From a virus: 64,000 nt of DNA. The DNA is taken from IMG/VR virus record IMGVR_UViG_3300024350_000006; one strand, written 5' to 3'. Below are positions 1-8,465 of this stretch, one piece after another. How positions within the stretch are numbered: position 1 is the first letter of the stretch; every line of letters begins with the position of its first letter. A program made the translations under genes and the position numbers. The notes under the pieces are model-generated. The model worked only from the letters and a program-made list of their open reading frames with translations. It did not search any database and had not been told where the DNA came from.

Positions 1-32
1 AACGTTAAATACACTATATTTTCAACTACCCT

Positions 33-1010
33 ATGTTAAAAAATCAAATATTAAAATATAGTAGGCAAACTACTATGGCTCCACTGGGAGCTTGGTTTGA
101 TCAAACTCTTGACAAACTTATCTATAAAAATACCTACGTCTACGAAGATACTTTAAAAGTGTTTCAGGAACGCCTTGTACAAGGGCTTCGTGATTACCGT
201 GACAAATATAAAATAGAAAATGTTGCATTGGGAATGAGTGGTGGTGTAGATAGTGCTCTTACTGCTGCATTATTTAAACAAGCAGGATGGAATGTATTGG
301 GCGTAACAATGCCTATACATCAAAATCCTGAAGAAACTGCCCGCGGTATTGAAACAATACAGGCATTAGGTATAGAACATAAACATATAGATCTAACTGA
401 AGATTTTGATAGGTTATATAATAGTTTCCTAGCCCGAGACTTTAGTCTAGGCAATAGTCCACTGCGCAGTGGTAATCTAAGAGTTCGTCTGCGTATGATG
501 ACAGTTTATAATGAAGCTTCACGCATTGGGGGACTAGTAGGCAGTACTGACAACTTTAGCGAACTAGCAGCAGGTTTTTGGACACTACACGGTGACGTTG
601 GTGATCTAGCACCCATACAAAGTTTAAACAAAAGTTGGGAAGTTCCTAAACTTGCTGAAATGGCCGGTGTGCCTGATTCCACAGTGTTTGCAAGACCCAC
701 CGACGGACTAGGCATTAGCAATGGTGATGAAGAACAGTTTGGCTTTAGCTATCTTGAATTTGATATTGTTTTATTGTCTCTAGTCACGGCAGTTGCAAGG
801 CATAATCTAAAAACTGCTGATCAGATTTTACTAATGTTAGAGGTAGATCCCTCTGATCAAGATACAGTAACTCGTGTTAAAAAAATTCTGGATAGAATTA
901 AATCAAGTACTTTTAAACGAGCTAACCCCTATAATCTTGCTCATCCTATTGATAGTTATAGGTATCAAGGACTAGCCAATCTTGACCAAGCTCTTAGATC
1001 TAATCTATGA
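33..1010 (+). CDS. nadE: NH3-dependent NAD+ synthetase-like ATP pyrophosphatase
   Basis: PP-loop LGMSGGVDS, GNLRVRLRM, GFWTLHGD, DLAPI, PTDGL..DEEQFG motifs; no glutaminase domain. Confidence 0.85.
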   Translation: MLKNQILKYSRQTTMAPLGAWFDQTLDKLIYKNTYVYEDTLKVFQERLVQGLRDYRDKYKIENVALGMSGGVDSALTAALFKQAGWNVLGVTMPIHQNPEETARGIETIQALGIEHKHIDLTEDFDRLYNSFLARDFSLGNSPLRSGNLRVRLRMMTVYNEASRIGGLVGSTDNFSELAAGFWTLHGDVGDLAPIQSLNKSWEVPKLAEMAGVPDSTVFARPTDGLGISNGDEEQFGFSYLEFDIVLLSLVTAVARHNLKTADQILLMLEVDPSDQDTVTRVKKILDRIKSSTFKRANPYNLAHPIDSYRYQGLANLDQALRSNL

Positions 1011-1819
1011 AAAAAATAGCCATACTTGGTGCCAATGGCACTCTGGGAAATTTACTCGGCGTTCTACTTAAAGATGTTGGCACTATATTACCAGTAACTA
1101 GAAAAGATCTCGACTTATTAAACTACACTGCTGTTTATGACTGGCTACAACGAGAACACCCAGATGTAATTATTAACTGTGCTTTCAGTGGCGGTAGTGT
1201 TAATACCACCGATGTTAATTTAAGTGATTTGCAGAGAAATATGCAGATGTTCCTTAATTTTTATCATCAGCCATCTAAATTTAGATATATTAACTTTGGT
1301 AGTGGGGCTGAATTCGATAGAGCTAGGGATATCAATAATGTCCAAGAACTGGAAATTACAGAACGTAATCCCATAGACACCTATGGGCTCGCTAAAAACT
1401 ATATTGCCCGCACTATTTGGAAAAGAGACAATTTTTATACATTAAGACTATTTGGTTGTTTTGGTTACAATGAGCCTAGTTCCAGATTATTTAAGAGACT
1501 TCTAAACACAGGCAAACTTAGCGTAATTGATCGTAAATTTGATTTTTTTAGTCATAGAGATATGGCCACTGTCGTTAAACACTACATAAATGCAGATCAA
1601 AAAGACTTAATCAAAGACATTAATTTAGTCTATAAAGAAAAATACAGTCTATACTATCAGGCATTATTGTTTGCTGACACACATTGCCCAACAGGGGAAG
1701 TTTTACTACAGGGATCTAGTGATCTAAATTATACTGGTAACAGTGACTTATTATATAGTCTTAATCTAGATTTACACGGTTTGAAACAGGGAATAGAGGA
1801 TTATAAACCCAATGAATAA
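1007..1819 (+). CDS. Extended SDR NAD(P)-dependent sugar epimerase/reductase
   Basis: GANGTLG Rossmann motif, YGLAK (YxxxK); ATGA overlap with nadE. Confidence 0.85.
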   Translation: MKKIAILGANGTLGNLLGVLLKDVGTILPVTRKDLDLLNYTAVYDWLQREHPDVIINCAFSGGSVNTTDVNLSDLQRNMQMFLNFYHQPSKFRYINFGSGAEFDRARDINNVQELEITERNPIDTYGLAKNYIARTIWKRDNFYTLRLFGCFGYNEPSSRLFKRLLNTGKLSVIDRKFDFFSHRDMATVVKHYINADQKDLIKDINLVYKEKYSLYYQALLFADTHCPTGEVLLQGSSDLNYTGNSDLLYSLNLDLHGLKQGIEDYKPNE

Positions 1820-2756
1820 TAAAAAAATAGTATACATAACTGGATGTCTAGGCTTTATAGGAAGCCACCTAACCAGGCAATGTCTTAACCTAGGGTGGTA
1901 CGTTTGTGGTGTAGATAAACTTACCTATGCAGCCAATCAACAATTTCTACCCGAATTTAAAAATTATCCTAATTTCAAATTTATAGAAAGCGACATTAAT
2001 GATCTTGATATGCTCTATGAATGTGATTATGTAATCAACACTGCGGCAGAAAGTCACGTGGATAACAGTATTGAAGATAGTGACAGTTTTGTACATTCCA
2101 ACATTAATGGTGTTCATAATCTACTAAAACTTATAGCCAAAAAGAAACAACGTCGTCCTATATTTTTACACTACAGCACAGACGAAGTTTATGGAGATAT
2201 TGTAGAAGGCAGTCATAGTGAAAAAGATTTACTCAAACCTAGTAATCCCTATAGCGCAACCAAGGCTGCTGCTGATCAACTAGTGCTAGCCTGGAGTAGA
2301 ACACACGGTATTAACTACATCATTGTTAGGCCTACCAATAATTATGGTATTGGACAATACGTGGAAAAACTTATACCCAAGAGTGTTAAATTTCTGGAAA
2401 TAGGTAGAAAGATAGACCTACATAATAACGGGACACCTATTAGGACCTGGTTACACGCTGCCGATACAGCTAGGGCCACCATACACATTATTAATTCTGG
2501 TGTAGTAAACGAAATCTATAACATAAGCGGCAATCTAGAATTACCAAACATAGAAGTGGTTAAAAAGATTCTTGGTCTTTTTGGTATAGAAGAAAACATA
2601 CAGGATTATATTGAGCCCAGTATGAGGCAGGGGCAGGATGTAAGGTACAGCATTGATGATAGTAAATTGAAGAATCTGGGCTGGCAACCTCAGGCAATAT
2701 TTGACACAGAGCTAGAAAAAATAGTAGAATACTATAGAAATAATTTTGTGTGGTAA
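1812..2756 (+). CDS. rmlB: NDP-glucose 4,6-dehydratase (RmlB/RfbB family)
   Basis: TGCLGFIG, DKLTYA, AAESHVD, STDEVYG, PYSATK, NNYG motifs. Confidence 0.92.
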   Translation: MNNKKIVYITGCLGFIGSHLTRQCLNLGWYVCGVDKLTYAANQQFLPEFKNYPNFKFIESDINDLDMLYECDYVINTAAESHVDNSIEDSDSFVHSNINGVHNLLKLIAKKKQRRPIFLHYSTDEVYGDIVEGSHSEKDLLKPSNPYSATKAAADQLVLAWSRTHGINYIIVRPTNNYGIGQYVEKLIPKSVKFLEIGRKIDLHNNGTPIRTWLHAADTARATIHIINSGVVNEIYNISGNLELPNIEVVKKILGLFGIEENIQDYIEPSMRQGQDVRYSIDDSKLKNLGWQPQAIFDTELEKIVEYYRNNFVW

Positions 2757-3502
2757 CAATGACAGTAAAAAACTATATAGTAAATTCAGTAAGGCCCATA
2801 CGTAACGGCTGGATGCTGGAAAAAAATCGTGATCTCTACCTAGCCTACCAAAAAATGTCACAATACAGTCGAGCTAGCTATGAGCATTATGTGGAAGAGC
2901 CTTTTGAATACATACAGCTTACAGAAGAAGTAGACGATAATGATACTTACACTCTAGCTGTCTGGGAGGATATTAAACGTATCTGGAATCAGGAGCCCTG
3001 TAATATATTCTTTGCAGGTGCTGATACAATTATGATAAGACCCACCTCACTGTTTGGGGATAGATTTAAAGAGTATAGGATGTTTAACTATACAGATCCT
3101 AAAAGCGAAGGTGAATTCCAGCATTATTTTAATGATGATATACAGTATTATCCTCATACAATGAGTCGGACAGTCTGGGACCTAGGCGAACAACTATGGT
3201 CACAGAGAGTGGGTCATCCTTATCAACACTGGGGATTTGATCAGGTTAGGCATAATTATATGTTCTGGAGTCAGGATATACCAATGGAGGATAGATTCCA
3301 TCCTGAGTTGGCTTACCAAGCTATGAACCTAAGGGCACTAACAGAACAGGCCATTGCCTGGCATAATTCCTGGAACGGTATTGATATTAATGCAGCACAC
3401 ATACTACACTTCCACGCTAGTCGTGGCAGTCAACAAGTAATAGATCTTATGAAATATTTTTGCGACTATTTAGAAATTCCCTATGACAACTCCAACACTT
3501 GA
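2750..3502 (+). CDS. Putative glycosyltransferase (GT-A-like)
   Basis: FAGADT in place of DxD, later DQ and ILHFH motifs typical of GT8/GT77-like enzymes; lies in the sugar operon. Confidence 0.5.
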   Translation: MVTMTVKNYIVNSVRPIRNGWMLEKNRDLYLAYQKMSQYSRASYEHYVEEPFEYIQLTEEVDDNDTYTLAVWEDIKRIWNQEPCNIFFAGADTIMIRPTSLFGDRFKEYRMFNYTDPKSEGEFQHYFNDDIQYYPHTMSRTVWDLGEQLWSQRVGHPYQHWGFDQVRHNYMFWSQDIPMEDRFHPELAYQAMNLRALTEQAIAWHNSWNGIDINAAHILHFHASRGSQQVIDLMKYFCDYLEIPYDNSNT

Positions 3503-4817
3503 TAAAATATTAGAATTAGTAGAACAACATTATAAAGAACGTCAGGAATCCCGTACCTGGACTGCGGGTCGAGATTTTGTAAACTATGCTGGCGCCTACT
3601 ACGATCAGGAGGAATATCTAGCAGGTGTCAAAAGCCTACTTAGTGGCTGGTTGGCAATGGGTAATGAAAGTTTAAAATTTGAACGACAGTTCCCCAAACA
3701 GTTTGGAAAAAAACTTGGTATAGTTACTAATTCAGGTAGCAGCAGTAACCTATTAATGATGGCAAGTCTTACCAGCAAACGTGGATACAATTTACCTAAA
3801 GGCACCAAGGTTCTTATGCCTATTGCAGGTTTTCCTACTACACTAAACCCTACATTGCAAATGGGTTTTACGCCAGTGTTTGTGGACATAGAGCTTGATA
3901 CTCTCAACCTAGATCTTGATCAGGTGGAGGCTGCACTTAAACAAAATCCTGATATTAGAGTCATTACCTTTGCGCACGTACTGGGAAATCCTCCCAATAT
4001 GGATAGAGTAATGGAAATAGTTAAAAAATATGATCTTATTCTATTAGAAGATTGCTGCGATGCTCTAGGAAGTACCTATAGAGAGAAACCACTGGGTAGT
4101 TATGGTCTTATGGCTAGTTGTAGTTTTTATCCTGCTCACCATATGACTATGGGCGAAGGTGGTTATGTAGCCACTGATGATCCCGAACAAGATATTATTT
4201 TAAGAAGTTTTAGAGAATGGGGTCGCGGCTGTTATTGTGTGGGACCTGAAGCTAATAAACTAAAATGTGGCACTTGTGGAACTAGATTTAAAAATTGGAT
4301 ACCCACTATGCCGGATGAAATTTTTGATCACAAATATGTATATGATGAGATTGGATACAATCTTAAGCCAATCGAACTACAGTGTGCAATGGGCATCAAA
4401 CAACTGGATAAGTTGCCGGAAATACACGCACTACGTAGACGAAACTACCAACTATTATTTTCCATATACGAGAAATATGAAGAATATTTTCATCTTCCTA
4501 GAGCTCAGGAACACAGCGACCCCAGCTGGTTTGCTTTTCCACTAACAGTAAGATCAAACGCTCCGTTTACTCGTGCGGATATAGTTGACTACCTGGAAGA
4601 AAAATTGATTCAGACTAGACCCTACTTCGCTGGTAACATTATGTTGCAACCAGCTTACAGTCATTTAATGGATCAAAATTTAGCAAAAAATAATTTCCCC
4701 AATGCAACACTAGCAATGACCAACACCTACTTCCACGGCACTAGCCCGGTAATCACTCCCGAGCAGATTGCCTATATTGGAGAAGTAGTAGACGGATTTA
4801 TGAGTCTGTTCAATTAA
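3483..4817 (+). CDS. rfbH: NDP-4-keto-6-deoxyglucose 3-dehydrase (E1/DdhC/RfbH; PMP and [2Fe-2S] dependent)
   Basis: NSGSSSN, EDCCDALG, SFYPAHHMTMGEGG (His replacing the PLP lysine), Cys cluster GCYC...CGTC, DHKYVY. Confidence 0.9.
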   Translation: MTTPTLDKILELVEQHYKERQESRTWTAGRDFVNYAGAYYDQEEYLAGVKSLLSGWLAMGNESLKFERQFPKQFGKKLGIVTNSGSSSNLLMMASLTSKRGYNLPKGTKVLMPIAGFPTTLNPTLQMGFTPVFVDIELDTLNLDLDQVEAALKQNPDIRVITFAHVLGNPPNMDRVMEIVKKYDLILLEDCCDALGSTYREKPLGSYGLMASCSFYPAHHMTMGEGGYVATDDPEQDIILRSFREWGRGCYCVGPEANKLKCGTCGTRFKNWIPTMPDEIFDHKYVYDEIGYNLKPIELQCAMGIKQLDKLPEIHALRRRNYQLLFSIYEKYEEYFHLPRAQEHSDPSWFAFPLTVRSNAPFTRADIVDYLEEKLIQTRPYFAGNIMLQPAYSHLMDQNLAKNNFPNATLAMTNTYFHGTSPVITPEQIAYIGEVVDGFMSLFN

Positions 4818-4832
4818 TTACAGAGGAACACT

Positions 4833-6593
4833 ATGAGAGGCGATCAATACGTAGCACAATTTTTAAAAGCAATTAATAGCAACAAGGTATTTTTAGTACA
4901 GGGCGGAGCTTGTGCCTTTATGCTAGATGCAGTGGGCGAAACACCTGGAATGAGTTATGTGGCCTTCCAGCACGAACAGGCAGCGGCTATGGCGGCTGAT
5001 GCACTCTGGCGAACCAGCGGCCAGCTGGGGGTGACATTCTGCACCAGCGGACCAGGCGCAAGTAATCTATTAACAGGCATCGCCTGCGGCTACTACGATA
5101 GCATACCCAGCCTACATATCTGTGGTCAGGTGAACGGTAAAGAGGTAGCACAGTATAAAGGTGCCAAAGTAAGACAGGCTGGATTCCAGCAGATGGACAT
5201 TGTAAGTATGGCCAAGCCTGTATGTAACTATGCCGTGGCAGTGACCAAGGCCAGTGAGCTACCACTTGCTCTTAAAACTGCTGTGGAACAGGCGTTTACT
5301 GGCAGAATGGGACCAGTGTTAGTGGACATTCCTATGGACATACAGACGGAAGACATAGGCACAGATGAAATATTGTTACCAGAAATTAAAGTTCCCAGTA
5401 TTGCAGATGATCAAACACAAATTATTGCTAATAGCGTAAATGAATTTTTCCAGTCAGGTCAAAGGCCCTTGGTTGTATTAGGAGCTGGTGTTGAACTAGC
5501 AGGCAGACAACAAGAGATGGTAGACTGGTTACAGAAAACTCGAACACCGTTCGTGGCCAGCTGGAGTGCTCTAAATATTTTTGATCATAGTATGCCTAAC
5601 TATCTAGGTCATTTTGGTGTCTACGGTAACCGTGGTGGTAACTATGTAATACAAAACGCAGATCGCATTCTGGTATTAGGCAGCAGACTGGATAATCGTC
5701 AGACTTCAGGCAACGTGGATAATTTTGCGCCCAGTGCTAAACTAATGGCCCTGGATATTGACGGCGAAGAATTAATAAAGTATCCTGATAGATTTACAGG
5801 TATACAAGTTAACCTTACACACCTTGATAAAATTTTACCTAATGTTGCTGCGCCAGAAGCTAGTTCAGACTGGCTGGAATATACTAATAGAATTAGAGAA
5901 AAATATCTAAACACCGATATTAGTCAGGAAAGTGAAAAATATAACAGTCTTAATCCCTACAGTGTAGTTAGAAAGATAACTAGTCTGCTTGATGATGATG
6001 CGCACATCTTTGCTGATGCTGGTGCCAACCACGTTTGGCTCTATCAGATGTGGAATCGTAAAGGTAGACAAAAATTATTTACTAGTAGCGGTCACTATGC
6101 AATGGGTTACAGTCTACCTGCTGCTATTGGTAGCCTAATAGGAAATCCTGAAGTTCAGGCAGTCAGTTTTAATGGTGATGGTGGTGTACAGATGAACATA
6201 CAGGAACTACAGACTGCAAGAGAATATGGTCTAGACATCAAAGTGGTGGTATTTAATAACCAGGGTCTGGGTATGATACGTCAATTCCAGAATAGTTATA
6301 TGGGTGGACGCCATCACGCCACCACACAGGGTCAGGGACCAGGTGTTCCTGATTTTGAAAAACTAGCTGCCGCCTACGGTATGAAATATACCAAGGTTGT
6401 GGACCTTAAGCAATTAGACAGTGACTTATTCCAGCAAGGTTCAAGATTAATAGAATGTGTGATTGACCAACGAGTGCTTATTGAACCCAAATTGGAAATG
6501 GGAAGACCAATTAATGATCAGTTCCCCTACGTCACTGACGAAGAATTTTTAGAAAACAACCAATTTGTGGAATACACCCACAGAAAAAAATAA
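4833..6593 (+). CDS. ThDP-dependent acetolactate-synthase-like enzyme (YerE-like by context)
   Basis: HEQAAAMAAD, TSGPGASN, GPVLVDIP, ThDP motif GDGG...NN, MIRQFQ. Confidence 0.88.
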   Translation: MRGDQYVAQFLKAINSNKVFLVQGGACAFMLDAVGETPGMSYVAFQHEQAAAMAADALWRTSGQLGVTFCTSGPGASNLLTGIACGYYDSIPSLHICGQVNGKEVAQYKGAKVRQAGFQQMDIVSMAKPVCNYAVAVTKASELPLALKTAVEQAFTGRMGPVLVDIPMDIQTEDIGTDEILLPEIKVPSIADDQTQIIANSVNEFFQSGQRPLVVLGAGVELAGRQQEMVDWLQKTRTPFVASWSALNIFDHSMPNYLGHFGVYGNRGGNYVIQNADRILVLGSRLDNRQTSGNVDNFAPSAKLMALDIDGEELIKYPDRFTGIQVNLTHLDKILPNVAAPEASSDWLEYTNRIREKYLNTDISQESEKYNSLNPYSVVRKITSLLDDDAHIFADAGANHVWLYQMWNRKGRQKLFTSSGHYAMGYSLPAAIGSLIGNPEVQAVSFNGDGGVQMNIQELQTAREYGLDIKVVVFNNQGLGMIRQFQNSYMGGRHHATTQGQGPGVPDFEKLAAAYGMKYTKVVDLKQLDSDLFQQGSRLIECVIDQRVLIEPKLEMGRPINDQFPYVTDEEFLENNQFVEYTHRKK

Positions 6594-6669
6594 ACTGAAG
6601 AAATTTCCACTTGCAGTATTGATACTTCTATGTTAATATAGGGGTATCAATCACTTATGGGATTTTTCT

Positions 6670-6828
6670 ATGTTTGAATCTATCGAAATTCGCAAAGCAG
6701 CCAACGGTTTTATTCTAGTAGTGCATACAGAAGATGAAGATCTTGAATACGTTTATGATAGCAGCCGCAAGGCAATGCGAGTAATTAAACAGTATATTGA
6801 AGCTGATACTACTAAAAATTCAGATTAA
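6670..6828 (+). CDS. Small hypothetical protein, 52 aa (MFESIEIRKAANGFILVV...)
   Basis: Manually translated ORF below the track cutoff; fills the intergenic gap after a plausible TTGCAG-17-TAATAT promoter. Confidence 0.65.
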   Translation: MFESIEIRKAANGFILVVHTEDEDLEYVYDSSRKAMRVIKQYIEADTTKNSD

Positions 6829-6879
6829 TAATTTATTAACGTTGCAAATTAAGCAACTTAGTTAATAAAATGTTAACAG

Positions 6880-6908
6880 TTGACTTTAACCCCGGGTTCC
6901 TGTATTAT
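6880..6908 (+). promoter_or_regulatory. Sigma70-type promoter TTGACT-N17-TATTAT
   Basis: Near-consensus boxes with a 17 nt spacer, upstream of AAGGAG SD and ATG 6945. Confidence 0.7.
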
Positions 6909-6944
6909 TACGAAATAAACTAATAACTACCAAGGAGCCTAACT

Positions 6945-7967
6945 ATGAAACCCATTGTGGAAATTATTGCTGGCAGCTATCGCGATCAAGACTGTACTGG
7001 TATGCAGTTTGAACTAAAACAGCCCTTTACCAACACAGGCAAAAACGCATTTATTGCTGTCAAAAATGATGGACAGATTCCCGGCGGTCCAAAAGTGATC
7101 CGCATTAATGTTAAAGGTCCTATGGACTATCAATTTACAAATGGTAATTTTGTTGTAGAAGACAACACCAAGCCCACACAGGCTGCACCAGCTGAGACAG
7201 ACCAAGAAGCAATAGCTCGTATTCGCGAACGTTTTGAAATCCTGCACGAAATGACCAAGGCTGCTACTAACGGCGACATTCGTGCTATGATTGTAAGTGG
7301 TCCTCCTGGTGTTGGTAAGAGCTTTGGTGTTGAGCAAGAAATTGAAAAAGCCCAACTTATAGATCAACTTGCTGGACGTCGCCTACGTGCAGAGGTAGTA
7401 AAAGGCAGTGCCAGCCCAATTGGTCTGTATCAAACTCTCTACAAGTATTCAGATTCGAACTGTGTTATCGTGTTTGATGATTGCGACAGTATCCTACTAG
7501 ACGACGTCGCACTTAACTTGCTTAAAGGTGCTCTGGATTCCGGTAAGAAGCGCAAGATCAGCTGGTTGAGCGAGAGCCGTGTACTCAAGGACGAGGGTAT
7601 CCCCTCAACCTTTGATTTTAAAGGCAGTGTTATCTTTATCACTAACCTTAAGTTTGACAAGATGAAATCGCAAAAACTGCGTGATCACTTGGATGCACTG
7701 CAATCACGTTGCCACTATCTGGATCTTACCCTGGATACTCAGCGTGACAAAATCCTGCGTATTAAGCAGATTGCAGGTGACGGTGTATTGTTTGATGGTT
7801 ATGATTTCAGCAAAGATGAACAGGAAGAAATCATTGAGTATATGGATGAAACCAAGGACAATCTGCGCGAACTAAGTCTGCGTATGGCTCTCAAGATTGC
7901 TGACCTCCGCAAGAGCTTCCCTAATAAATGGAAGGCAATGGCTAATACTACCTGTGTCAAGGTATAA
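6945..7967 (+). CDS. AAA+ ATPase with extra N-terminal domain
   Basis: Walker A GPPGVGKS, Walker B VIVFDDCD, sensor ITN, arginine finger ALQSRC. Confidence 0.85.
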   Translation: MKPIVEIIAGSYRDQDCTGMQFELKQPFTNTGKNAFIAVKNDGQIPGGPKVIRINVKGPMDYQFTNGNFVVEDNTKPTQAAPAETDQEAIARIRERFEILHEMTKAATNGDIRAMIVSGPPGVGKSFGVEQEIEKAQLIDQLAGRRLRAEVVKGSASPIGLYQTLYKYSDSNCVIVFDDCDSILLDDVALNLLKGALDSGKKRKISWLSESRVLKDEGIPSTFDFKGSVIFITNLKFDKMKSQKLRDHLDALQSRCHYLDLTLDTQRDKILRIKQIAGDGVLFDGYDFSKDEQEEIIEYMDETKDNLRELSLRMALKIADLRKSFPNKWKAMANTTCVKV

Positions 7968-7968
7968 T

Positions 7969-8166
7969 ATGGCAACAGATTCTCTTTTGTTAACAAAAGA
8001 ACAAATAAAAAAGATGGCCCAGCTTGTGGAACGATTTCCTGAGATAGATGATTATACTCTGGAAATAGATAACAGCTCGGGTATTGGGCCAAGCTACACA
8101 ATTAAGTTTTCTTTATATCTGGACGATGATTTTAGGGTAGATATTACAGATGTCACAACCTGGTAA
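7969..8166 (+). CDS. Hypothetical protein (start at MATDS)
   Basis: ATG 1 nt after the ATPase stop; SSGIG motif. Confidence 0.6.
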   Translation: MATDSLLLTKEQIKKMAQLVERFPEIDDYTLEIDNSSGIGPSYTIKFSLYLDDDFRVDITDVTTW

Positions 8167-8341
8167 AATATCGAGAGACAGATTGGATCAAATCCTAATG
8201 TCTATGCTAGGCAGCAAGGATCTAGTAGAACGTTGGTGGACCACGCCCAATAGGGCTTTTGAAATGCAACCGCCTGAACTAGCTGATCCTGCATTAGTAA
8301 AAGATTATATCATCTGGCACGCCTACTGTGCGGGTGGTTAG
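8150..8341 (+). CDS. Xre/MbcA/ParS antitoxin C-terminal-like small protein
   Basis: ERWWTTPNRAFEMQPP resembles the W..PN.A....P signature of the DUF2384-type toxin-binding domain. Confidence 0.55.
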   Translation: MSQPGKISRDRLDQILMSMLGSKDLVERWWTTPNRAFEMQPPELADPALVKDYIIWHAYCAGG

Positions 8342-8345
8342 GTTT

Positions 8346-8397
8346 CAGACCTAAAGGTCTGGGTCTGCTGATTTTCAGTTAGCTCCTGCGGCGGACC
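8346..8397 (+). ncRNA. Structured 3' element: two hairpins, the second with an 18 nt loop containing anti-SD AGUUAGCUCCU
   Basis: CAGACC/GGTCTG stem (8346-8361); 9 bp stem 8362-8370/8389-8397; loop complementary to 6933-6950. Confidence 0.5.
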
Positions 8398-8401
8398 TTA
8401 C

Positions 8402-8433
8402 AAACCCTGTCTAAATTAGACAGGGTTTTTTTT
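8402..8433 (+). terminator. Intrinsic terminator
   Basis: AAACCCTGTCTA-AAT-TAGACAGGGTTT followed by a T-run. Confidence 0.9.
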
Positions 8434-8460
8434 GACTTGTAAATCTAGATGTTGTATAAT
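8432..8460 (+). promoter_or_regulatory. Sigma70-type promoter TTGACT-N17-TATAAT (leaderless transcript predicted)
   Basis: Consensus -10 ends 5 nt before ATG 8466; no SD. Confidence 0.8.
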
Positions 8461-8465
8461 GAATT

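Noticed and set aside
4833-6593. Branched-chain amino acid auxiliary gene (ilvB)
   Set aside because: No regulatory subunit or other ilv genes; the sugar-operon context favours a YerE-like role.
1-6593. Bacterial O-antigen locus or chimeric contig
   Set aside because: It shares CATG avoidance, CTA usage and the late-promoter motif with the phage core genes.
8341-8433. Possible tRNA in the structured intergenic region
   Set aside because: No cloverleaf, T-loop GTTCRA or CCA end.
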